The notes beneath the pieces were generated by a model. The model did no database searches. It was not told the DNA's origin and saw only the letters and a list, made by a program, of their open reading frames with translations. Of a DNA stretch of 64,000 bases, positions 39,041 to 47,121 are shown in pieces. Source of the DNA: Promethearchaeati archaeon. Lineage in GTDB: Archaea; Asgardarchaeota; Heimdallarchaeia; Heimdallarchaeales; Heimdallarchaeaceae. The stretch covers positions 20,254 through 84,253 of the forward strand of contig JABLTJ010000014.1 in the NCBI GenBank assembly GCA_013166775.1, read 5' to 3'. The position numbers and the translations under genes were made by a program. How positions within the stretch are numbered: position 1 is the first letter of the stretch; every line of letters starts with the position of its first letter.

Positions 39041-40231
39041 TTATTTTCTACGTTTAAGAAGAATTACTGTTGATGCAATAATTATCAAAGAAACAAATAA
39101 TGACTTATACTCTAAATCTGTTCCGTTAGTTGATGAATCTGTTGGTTCTTCTGTTTGCTGAAGTAACATTGCTTCAAGAGCTGCAGAAGCATTAAGAAGT
39201 CCATAACCAAAGTAAATATCTTTACCAGGATCACCTAAATCCGTTGCTGTATTCTGAAGTATTGTTTTCATTTCACTTATTGGCATTGAGTTATTATAAG
39301 ACTTCATTAAAGCAATTACAGCAGCAACTTGAGGGCAGGCAAAAGAAGTACCATACCCCCAGCCGTAAAATGAATTATAGGTATAAAAGGGAACTGTACT
39401 ATAGAGATGAGTTATATCATCTTCACTCCCAACAGGAGCAACAATTTCAGTCCACTCGCCAAAATTACTATAGTCTGCCAAACCACCTGAGGAATTTGTA
39501 GCACCAACTGTAATTACTTCTTCATAACCACCAGGATAGGATTTGTATTCCTGACCTCCATCAGGTAAGTAGGTGTTTCCAGTTATTGAGACAACTGCTA
39601 CATTCTGTGAAACTGCATAGAGAATATCATCATAATAAGTGTCGTTTGCTGGGTAATAATTGAGACTCAAGTTAATAACATCAGCACCATTGTCAACAGC
39701 ATAACGAATGGCATTCCCTAAACCTTCGTAGCTAGTTCCTCTAAGGTTTGAAACATCTAATACCCGAACATCCATAATTGTAACATTAGGAGCTACTCCT
39801 ACGGGACCTATCGAATTTAGAGGTGCAGCAATGATTCCTGCAATAAATGTTGCATGCCAATGAACTTCATCTCCTCCCTCAGGACCTGGATTACTGTCAT
39901 TAAATACGAAATCCCAACCATTGATGTCATCAACATAGCCATTTCCGTCATCGTCTATGGCATTATCTGAAATCTCATCTTCATTTTCCCACGCAGTATT
40001 TTGCAATTCAGAGTGAGAGAAATCTATACCTGAATCAAGGACTGCAACAGTGATATCCTTTGATCCATTAGTTATAGCCCAAGCACCCTTGCTGTGAATT
40101 AAGCGGTGATGAAAAGAACTCTCATAATGAGCAAAAACTGTATCTACTGAATGATTTGAAGGATCAATTTGACTAAAGATAAGAAAAGATAAAAATAACA
40201 CTAATATGAATACAGTTTTTCTTTTATGCAT
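39041..40231 (-). CDS. Subtilisin-like serine protease (S8), C-terminally anchored, paralog B
   Basis: Asp in VAVLDSGIDF, His in HWHATFIAGIIA, Ser in GTSFACPQVAAVIAL. Ca-loop DDDGNGYVDDINGWDF. C-terminal TM helix followed by KRRK. Confidence 0.9.
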   Translation of the reverse strand: MHKRKTVFILVLFLSFLIFSQIDPSNHSVDTVFAHYESSFHHRLIHSKGAWAITNGSKDITVAVLDSGIDFSHSELQNTAWENEDEISDNAIDDDGNGYVDDINGWDFVFNDSNPGPEGGDEVHWHATFIAGIIAAPLNSIGPVGVAPNVTIMDVRVLDVSNLRGTSYEGLGNAIRYAVDNGADVINLSLNYYPANDTYYDDILYAVSQNVAVVSITGNTYLPDGGQEYKSYPGGYEEVITVGATNSSGGLADYSNFGEWTEIVAPVGSEDDITHLYSTVPFYTYNSFYGWGYGTSFACPQVAAVIALMKSYNNSMPISEMKTILQNTATDLGDPGKDIYFGYGLLNASAALEAMLLQQTEEPTDSSTNGTDLEYKSLFVSLIIIASTVILLKRRK

Positions 40232-40291
40232 AAGAGAGAATATTAGAGAAATTCATAAAGATTGCTGATTTACTAAAATATTGATGAAAAA

Positions 40292-40780
40292 TCAGATAAA
40301 CGAACTTATTTTACAACTACCACATTTTGGACAAAAGGAATATTTTTTGGTGAAACTTTTTCCACAACTTAAACAATAAGAAACAGAATATTCATCAATT
40401 TTAATTGATTCTTTAGGTGAAGAAGAAGAGTTGTGGGTGAGGGTAGAGGGAGCGCTACTAGGATGTGAATTAGTGTTAAGCTTGCTATCCATAAAGTTGT
40501 TACGTCTAATGAAAAAAAGGATAATCTGACCCAAGATGATTATAATTGCAATAATAAGATAAAAAAGATAATTCCGAAGAGAAGAAAATCCTTTACTGAG
40601 ATAATATGTGAAAATAACCCCTCCTATAAACAACGGAAGAGAAATAATTAATACTTTGAATATTTCCAAATAGAGAGTACGTTTCTCTGAGGAGGATATT
40701 AGCATTAAACAGAACATGTAAGAAGCATTTATCTTTCTTTTGCTTATTTCAAGGGCATTAGTTTTACTAAAGAAGCTCAT
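40292..40780 (-). CDS. Small membrane protein with C-terminal zinc ribbon (start revised from the 242-aa ORF)
   Basis: C-terminal CLSCGKSFTKKYSFCPKCGSC (CxxC...CxxC) and two TM helices. The first 34 codons of the track ORF overlap the rubredoxin gene in another frame. The first Met clear of it is codon 81 (ATG at 40780). Confidence 0.4.
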   Translation of the reverse strand: MSFFSKTNALEISKRKINASYMFCLMLISSSEKRTLYLEIFKVLIISLPLFIGGVIFTYYLSKGFSSLRNYLFYLIIAIIIILGQIILFFIRRNNFMDSKLNTNSHPSSAPSTLTHNSSSSPKESIKIDEYSVSYCLSCGKSFTKKYSFCPKCGSCKISSFI

Positions 40781-40916
40781 TTTTGAAGAGAATTTCAAAT
40801 GAAAACTGTGTTGCTTACATGTTAGAACTTGGTGATTAAAAATATCAGAAGAAAATGAAAAATAGATTTCAAAAATAAAAAGAGAATTATGAAATAATAA
40901 GAGAATAGTCTTAGGT

Positions 40917-41084
40917 TTAATCTTCGAATGGTTCAAAATCTGCTTTTTCAGCTCCACATTCAGGGCAAACCCAATCATCTGGGACATCTTCCCAAACTGT
41001 TCCTGGTTCAATTCCTGCATCTGGATCCCCTAAAGCTGGATCATATACATAACCACACAAAGTGCATATCCATTTTCCGCTCAT
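40917..41084 (-). CDS. Rubredoxin (55 aa; below the ORF-track cutoff)
   Basis: Manual translation gives [55 protein letters not shown]. It has both CxxCG knuckles (CTLCG, CPECG) and the conserved Y-x-Y-D-P and W-x-C-P blocks. ATG at 41082-41084, TAA at 40917-40919. Confidence 0.9.
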   Translation of the reverse strand: MSGKWICTLCGYVYDPALGDPDAGIEPGTVWEDVPDDWVCPECGAEKADFEPFED

Positions 41085-41152
41085 TGTTTTTCCTCTATTG
41101 ATTTTAGCTACCTTTTTTTAGTAGCTATTTATGTTTTCCCCCTCTTGCTAGT

Positions 41153-41491
41153 CTAAGTTAATCCAGATGCTAGAATTTCTCTCAGCTGTTGAATAGTCAT
41201 ATTCTCAAAATTCCAGCTAAAATCATCATCTTCCCTAAAAATATCAAATAGATTTCTAATTCCAACTATATTTTCCTTTTTATCCATTAAAACCAATTGA
41301 TAACTTGTCCAAAAACCACACGCTGAACAAAAATATTCAGGATGTTTGTTGATATCTTTTCTCACATTTAACAAGAAATCTGCTAAATTATCGATTGTTT
41401 GTATATCATACTTTTCCACTTCTTCTTTCCTTTGCTGATTTGTTTTTGGATCAATGTAATGATCATACTCAACAATCATCATTTGCCACAT
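41153..41491 (-). CDS. Hypothetical protein
   Basis: 112-aa ORF between the rubredoxin and the TPR giant. No motif recognised. Confidence 0.4.
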   Translation of the reverse strand: MWQMMIVEYDHYIDPKTNQQRKEEVEKYDIQTIDNLADFLLNVRKDINKHPEYFCSACGFWTSYQLVLMDKKENIVGIRNLFDIFREDDDFSWNFENMTIQQLREILASGLT

Positions 41492-41612
41492 AATTTCTTA
41501 CCTTGTACTAGTTGTATGAAATTCCAAATCTACTTTGATTCCTTCTTACACAATACTTATCCATAAAACAGTTTATAAAATCGGGAAATTTTCTCAATAT
41601 TTTCTAGTAAGG

Positions 41613-44600
41613 TCATTCTTCCTTTGATTTATCTTTATGATTTTCCAAAACATCAAGCACATCCAGAACATCTTCAGAGCTCACTTCTATTTCTGGCATC
41701 TCTGTTTTCTTTTTAGCTTTCTTTTCTTCCTTATCTTTTCTAATCGTTACTGGCTCCAATTCCTTTACAAAATCAGGTTCAGGGATTGTTTCTATTTGCT
41801 CCTCTTCTTCTGTTTTCTTTTCTTTTTCTGTGATTACGATTTCTTTTATTTCAACATCCGCAGACTCTTCTCCTTCATCTACCATTTTTGGAATTCCATC
41901 TCCTAGCTCATCAACTAACTCTGGTTCTGGAATTTCCTCTAGGTCAGTTTCCTTTGCAGTTTTTTTAATTTCTTCTTCTAGTTCTTCTTCAGGTTCTACT
42001 TCTAGTTCCTCTTCAGGTTCTACTTCTAGTTCCTCTTCAGGTTCTACTTCTAGTTCCTCTTCAGGTTCTACTTCTAGTTCCTCTTCAGATTCCTCTTCAG
42101 GTTTCTTTTCTTCCTCTTCTTCAGGTTCCTTTTCTTCTACTTTAGGTTCTTCATCTTCAGTTTCAGGTTCTTCTTCGGGTTTTTCGTCCTTCTCTAGGGC
42201 TTCTTCAAGTTCTTCTAATTCTTCTTCAATTTCCTCTAATTCTTCAACCACATCTTCAACTAAATCTTCAAGTTTTCTAGACTGTATTTTTTCTTCAAGA
42301 AGTTCCTCTTCTTGATCTTCTAAAGCTTCTTTTAGTTCATCAAGCTCCTCAGAAAAATCTTCAACTAAATCTACAAGTTTAGATGCTTTGGGTATCTTTG
42401 GAATTTCTGAGATTTCTGAAGTTAACCTATCTGCTTCTTTCTCCTCTTCTACTGTTTCTTTCTGTTCTTCTTTTTCCTCATCAGTTCCTTCCTCAATAGC
42501 TATTAATTCTGCTTCAACATCATCTAATATCCTATCCAAATCTTCTGGTTTTTCAGGTTCTCCCATAACTGTCTTTACAGGTAATTCAATGATTTTGGAT
42601 AGATCGTCTTCTAGTAGAAAATCAGAATCAACTGTTATTTCATCTATATCTATAATTTTACTTGGTTCTGGAATAGGTTCTGCAATACCTGCTCGAAAAG
42701 TGATATCTTCAAAATATCTTGTTGTGATTTCAGTTAATATTTTATTTGTTATCTCATCTGTTTTTAGAGGCATCATTTGAGGGAGCTTAAGTTTCAATTC
42801 TGCCACATATTTCTCAAATTGCATTTTCATACTGAAAGTCACTTTTTCAGCAATTGCAACGACAATATGGTCGTTAATTGCTTCAATCAATAATTCAGTA
42901 CCCTCCTCTTTTACTTCATCAACTATCATAGCTTCTTCTAACACAGTTTTAGAGAAAAGATTGACAGCTGCGACTATAGAAGGTACTATAGAAGCTGCTT
43001 CTTCAACTTCATGTTCAGTAATAAATCTATATTTAATTAGAGCTGTTTCAGCTTCTACAATTGCAATTCCTTGTAATCTTGTTTCTACTTGTTTAGGTGA
43101 TTTAATAAATTTGAAACTTTCATATCTCTCCAAAACACCAGCCATTTTTTCTATATCTTCGAATCCTTTTTCTTCTAATTCTTTTAATTCATCATACTCT
43201 GTTTTCTTTTCTTTCTCTACTGCTTTGAGCAGATTGTTAGCTTCTTTCTGCATATGTTTATAATTGAATTTACTTGCTAAATTATAAGCTTTCAATATAT
43301 CTTCTATCGCTCTTTCTCTCTTTCCTCCTTGAGCTAGAATCATTCCTCTTAGCAAGTGCATATCGCACATTAATCGAGGAATAAACTGTTCTTGAGAGAT
43401 AAAACTTAAGTTATCTAAATATCGCAAAATAGAGGAGTAATCTGCTAATTCCTTGGTTTCATTAAAACGTTGCATGAAGATATTCACTAGTTGAAACTGT
43501 GTTTTGATTACTAACTCAATATTTCTAAATTCAGTAGCAGTTTTGTAAGCTTCTTCGAAATAATCTATTGCTGAATCAATATCACCCTTGCGTTTAGAAA
43601 GTAATCCCTTAAAGTAATTTATATTTGGTATTTTTCTAGTTTCACCTGTCTCTTCTAATCTTTTTTCGCTAGTTTTGATAAGTGAATCGGCTTCATCAAG
43701 CTCACCTCTTTCAATTGAGATCCAAGCTGATAATAGATAAGGTTCTATTAGATTTAGATCATGTCCTTTGTCTAGAAGAAGAGCAGTTTCAATCATGCTC
43801 TCCGCTGTTTCATTTTCTTTAAGAAGAATGTTTAATTCAGCGATGTTTATTGCACTAATTGCTTGAGCTCTGGGATTATGCGAAACTAATTCATAAATTT
43901 GTTCAAGTAACTTGATACTCTTTTCAAAATCTCCCCTTGCTAGTTCAAGTTTAGCAGAATTGTTTAAGAGACTAGCTCGATCAGCTGATAGTCCTGTTTT
44001 TTCTGTGGGTACAAGAGCGGCCCCCATCATTTTTTGAGCTTTTCTGAATTCTCCTTTATTGATAAGAACAGTAGTAATAAGATTCAAAGCAACAGATTGA
44101 AAATAAGGATCATCCATTTTAACTGCAGTCTGAAGTATTCTTCTTGCAAGATCATCTACTTTATCAAAATTGTTAATTTGAAGGTAAACTTGAGATCCTA
44201 AAGTGAGGATTAACAAAGTAAAAAGCTTATTCTCTAATTCATCAGAATATTTGTCAAGAAGATGTTCTACTTCAGCTAATGTTGCAATTGCCATTTGATA
44301 ATTGTGTTCTCCATAGAGAAGTAAGAATTCCATACTTGTTGAAATAAATGCATTTCTGGGAAGTTCTAAAGCATCTGTATAATTTTGTTGGAATCTAAGT
44401 TTTAGACTAACTATTTTATTTGTCATATTCAGTCTTGCATAAGCATAAGCTCTATAGAGATAAAATTCTGTTTTCTCAAAAGATTCAGTTAAAGACAAGA
44501 CTGATTGAAAGTCTCTTAAGCATATAGAAGCGTCTACCGCTAAATCTCTAAATTCCTCTGTTATGTTATTATCTGAAGCAAAGGCTATACATTTTTTTGC

Positions 44601-44717
44601 AAAATTACTTAATGCTTTCGTGTCTCTTGTATCTATATCTGCGATTAAATCTTCTATGATTTTTTCTTTGAATAAGCTTTTGTGTCTATTAGCAAAAGGT
44701 GCAAACATTTCAATCAC
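41613..44717 (-). CDS. TPR-repeat protein with central Roadblock/LC7-like segment and 340-aa poly-acidic repeat tail
   Basis: 1034 aa. TPR-like helical repeats over about res 60-500. Res 525-645 have an alpha-beta-beta-alpha-beta-beta-beta-alpha pattern (LQGIAIVEAETALIKYRF...ASIVPSIVAAVNLFSKTV...ELLIEAINDHIVVAIAEKVT...MKMQFEKYVAELKLKL). The tail from about res 690 is >50% Glu/Asp and contains EPEEELEV x4. Confidence 0.7.
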   Translation of the reverse strand: MIEMFAPFANRHKSLFKEKIIEDLIADIDTRDTKALSNFAKKCIAFASDNNITEEFRDLAVDASICLRDFQSVLSLTESFEKTEFYLYRAYAYARLNMTNKIVSLKLRFQQNYTDALELPRNAFISTSMEFLLLYGEHNYQMAIATLAEVEHLLDKYSDELENKLFTLLILTLGSQVYLQINNFDKVDDLARRILQTAVKMDDPYFQSVALNLITTVLINKGEFRKAQKMMGAALVPTEKTGLSADRASLLNNSAKLELARGDFEKSIKLLEQIYELVSHNPRAQAISAINIAELNILLKENETAESMIETALLLDKGHDLNLIEPYLLSAWISIERGELDEADSLIKTSEKRLEETGETRKIPNINYFKGLLSKRKGDIDSAIDYFEEAYKTATEFRNIELVIKTQFQLVNIFMQRFNETKELADYSSILRYLDNLSFISQEQFIPRLMCDMHLLRGMILAQGGKRERAIEDILKAYNLASKFNYKHMQKEANNLLKAVEKEKKTEYDELKELEEKGFEDIEKMAGVLERYESFKFIKSPKQVETRLQGIAIVEAETALIKYRFITEHEVEEAASIVPSIVAAVNLFSKTVLEEAMIVDEVKEEGTELLIEAINDHIVVAIAEKVTFSMKMQFEKYVAELKLKLPQMMPLKTDEITNKILTEITTRYFEDITFRAGIAEPIPEPSKIIDIDEITVDSDFLLEDDLSKIIELPVKTVMGEPEKPEDLDRILDDVEAELIAIEEGTDEEKEEQKETVEEEKEADRLTSEISEIPKIPKASKLVDLVEDFSEELDELKEALEDQEEELLEEKIQSRKLEDLVEDVVEELEEIEEELEELEEALEKDEKPEEEPETEDEEPKVEEKEPEEEEEKKPEEESEEELEVEPEEELEVEPEEELEVEPEEELEVEPEEELEEEIKKTAKETDLEEIPEPELVDELGDGIPKMVDEGEESADVEIKEIVITEKEKKTEEEEQIETIPEPDFVKELEPVTIRKDKEEKKAKKKTEMPEIEVSSEDVLDVLDVLENHKDKSKEE
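41987..42082. repeat. Perfect 24-bp tandem repeat x4 (coding, EPEEELEV units) with degenerate flanking copies
   Basis: The unit cttcaggttctacttctagttcct occurs at 41987-42010, 42011-42034, 42035-42058 and 42059-42082. Partial copies lie on both sides. Confidence 0.95.
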
Positions 44718-44833
44718 CAGGAATTTGGTTGGAATTCTCCTCTTTTTCTTCTTAGCTCAAATTAAATTCTTAATAGTTTATAGTAGATTCTTGTTATTTA
44801 AATCTTTCAGCATTAAAGTTAAATCTTGGATGA

Positions 44834-46108
44834 TTAGATGCGTTCTCCGTTGCTAGAAAGGATTGGAGCTGTTTCACTTTCTTTCTCCTTATTTTTCAAG
44901 AATAATTGCATAATTATTGGAATCATAATTGCAATAGGATAACCTAAAGTAGCTATCGGAAAAGTCCATGCACCCAATGCAACATAAATGAATGATCCTG
45001 CTTGTGTACCTAGAGATCTAGCTAACCTTCTTCCTGCTCCAACGAATCCAGTTGAAGTTCCCCTATATTTCGGAGGGAGCCATCCATAGAAAAACGAGTT
45101 CCATGCAGGTCTAGACATATTTGCAGCTGTACTTCTTGTAACGAAGAAAATTGATACAGTCCACAGCGTTCCACCTAGTGATATGCCTAAAGCTAAAAGT
45201 GGAACTAAGAAATGAAGAACTGCTAGAGACTTTTCATTACCAAATCGATTGCTTATCTTAACCATGAGCAAGCTACCAAGAGCAATTCCAACATTTGATG
45301 CTGCAAGAATTACACTCCAAAGAATATCACTAGTTTGAAAATCTGTAATAATGTAATATTGAACAAAGGGTATTGCTATACCAGAAGTAAAGCCTATTAT
45401 TGCTTCACAAACAAAAAAAGCTACTAACTGAAAACCGATAGGTTTTTTGTTTTTATTTTCGTATGATTTCCAAACTTCACCTTTTGCTATTTCACTCGCA
45501 TCTTCTTTCGATGTTTCAGGTATTGGAAATTTAAAAGCCAATAACATCGTAAGGAACAGAAATGCAGAGACAAAGAGCATTAGTGACATGTACGATTGTT
45601 TCTGAGATTGAAACAGATTAAATACTGTGAGGAAGGCTCCGCCTAATAAAGGGGCTATAACTCCTGCAACATTCCAGAAGAATGCCATATAACCAAAGAA
45701 TCTTGTTTTCTCTTTTTTGGTAGGTGTCACGTCTGCCATAAGTGTTGTTAGAGATATTTGAGCTAATTGTCCAGATACTCCAAAGAGAGAATAAGCTGCT
45801 ATCATCCATCCCTTGATTTCTGATACACTAGAGAAATAAAATAGCAGCATTGATAAGGCTGAAATTCCAATCCCAACAATCAATGTGTATTTTCTTTTTT
45901 TCACATCTGTAATATATCCTAAACCGATAATCACTCCTGTAGCTAAGTATCCAGCAACAGAAAAAAGAAGTCCATAAAAATACTCATTCCATTCAAGGAA
46001 GATAAGAAACAAAGGTACGAGATATCGAATTAATCTTGTGTTGAAACCAACCAGAGTTCTAAATAAGATGATGGGGACAACTTTCTGATTCTTAGTATTG
46101 CTGAACAT
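44834..46108 (-). CDS. MFS transporter
   Basis: 424 aa with about 12 TM segments and a central hydrophilic loop (ETSKEDASEIAKGEVWKSYENKNKKP), which is typical MFS 6+6 topology. Confidence 0.75.
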   Translation of the reverse strand: MFSNTKNQKVVPIILFRTLVGFNTRLIRYLVPLFLIFLEWNEYFYGLLFSVAGYLATGVIIGLGYITDVKKRKYTLIVGIGISALSMLLFYFSSVSEIKGWMIAAYSLFGVSGQLAQISLTTLMADVTPTKKEKTRFFGYMAFFWNVAGVIAPLLGGAFLTVFNLFQSQKQSYMSLMLFVSAFLFLTMLLAFKFPIPETSKEDASEIAKGEVWKSYENKNKKPIGFQLVAFFVCEAIIGFTSGIAIPFVQYYIITDFQTSDILWSVILAASNVGIALGSLLMVKISNRFGNEKSLAVLHFLVPLLALGISLGGTLWTVSIFFVTRSTAANMSRPAWNSFFYGWLPPKYRGTSTGFVGAGRRLARSLGTQAGSFIYVALGAWTFPIATLGYPIAIMIPIIMQLFLKNKEKESETAPILSSNGERI

Positions 46109-46202
46109 GATTCTTAACTCGATTAAACATGAATGAAACTGATTGTTGGATGAGAAAAACTCAAATTAATTAAGCTTGTGTTAGGTAAAAGAAAGAAGAT
46201 GT

Positions 46203-47036
46203 TCACTTCTTATCTCTAACTAGGATTTTCTCAATTAGTTCTACTAATGGTTCACTATGAGCTGCAACATTTGTTTCCAAATCAAAATATTCGGAATTTT
46301 TAACCGCCTTGTAGACTCTTTTTGTCCATTCAGCTTCATGAGCTTTATCTTTCTCAGCTCCGACCATTATGCATTTTGCATCAACTGTAGCTAGCTCTTC
46401 CTCTTTAATTCGGAATTTTCTTATTTTGATTAAGGTTTTTCGGATCTTTTTAACATCATAACTGTCAAAATAGCCATAATATTTCTTCAATTGATCCTTT
46501 TGTGTTCTATCCAAATAAAAATATTTAATATAAAATTTTGCAAAAGGTTTAATGAAAAGCTTCCAGACTATTGGATAACAAATATAAACAAAAGGCCAAG
46601 ACCAATCTGGGATCTCAGTTTTTTGTATAGGTCCAACTAGAAAAGTGTATGTTGGTTTCATAAGTTTCATGCTTAGGGATCTAAGAATAAAAGCAGCACC
46701 CATTGAAGAAGCTACCATGAAATACTCATCCAGCATCAGATAATCCATAATCTGAGCAATATCCTTAGCAAATCTATTAAAGGTCAAATCTGGTTTTTTC
46801 TTCAATTCTGCAGTATGTTTCTCACGACTCTCAATAATATAAATTCTATAATCATCTTTCATTCTTAAGAGGAGTTTATCCCATGCTGAGGGAAGAGAAC
46901 CAAACCCTGGAATTAGGACTAAAGTCCCTTTGACTTCTTTTTCAGGTTCATATGAAAGAACACGTAAATTCTCATTCCCTTCTTCCCCTACTTGGACACG
47001 TAATACTGATGCGAATTTCTCAAATTCAGAGCTCAT
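46203..47036 (-). CDS. Alpha/beta-fold hydrolase
   Basis: 277 aa. The oxyanion region VLIPGFGSLPSAW, the nucleophile elbow VASSMGAAF (Sm-x-S-x-G) and the C-terminal NVAAHSEP (catalytic His region) are present. Confidence 0.65.
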   Translation of the reverse strand: MSSEFEKFASVLRVQVGEEGNENLRVLSYEPEKEVKGTLVLIPGFGSLPSAWDKLLLRMKDDYRIYIIESREKHTAELKKKPDLTFNRFAKDIAQIMDYLMLDEYFMVASSMGAAFILRSLSMKLMKPTYTFLVGPIQKTEIPDWSWPFVYICYPIVWKLFIKPFAKFYIKYFYLDRTQKDQLKKYYGYFDSYDVKKIRKTLIKIRKFRIKEEELATVDAKCIMVGAEKDKAHEAEWTKRVYKAVKNSEYFDLETNVAAHSEPLVELIEKILVRDKK

Positions 47037-47121
47037 AAGCCAAATGAAAATAAGTATTTATTAAATTTATTCCAAAAATCATTATCTAGAAAAGACTAAA
47101 TATGACCAATATTCAATTCTT

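Noticed and set aside
40781-41020. N-terminal 80 codons of the 242-aa ORF
   Set aside because: The 5' portion overlaps the far more convincing rubredoxin gene (40917-41084) in a different frame, and the remainder is low-complexity AT-rich spacer.
41987-42082. Regular 24-bp repeats as a possible CRISPR array
   Set aside because: The units are contiguous with no spacers and are in frame within a coding sequence (EPEEELEV). No cas genes are nearby.
41637-43263. Plus-strand ORFs of 89, 161, 130 and 100 aa (for example the Ser-rich 41830-42315) antisense to the TPR/acidic gene
   Set aside because: They are mirror-frame artefacts of a GAA/GAG-rich coding strand (TTC/CTC read as Ser/Phe/Leu). They lie entirely inside a long minus-strand gene with clear domain structure.
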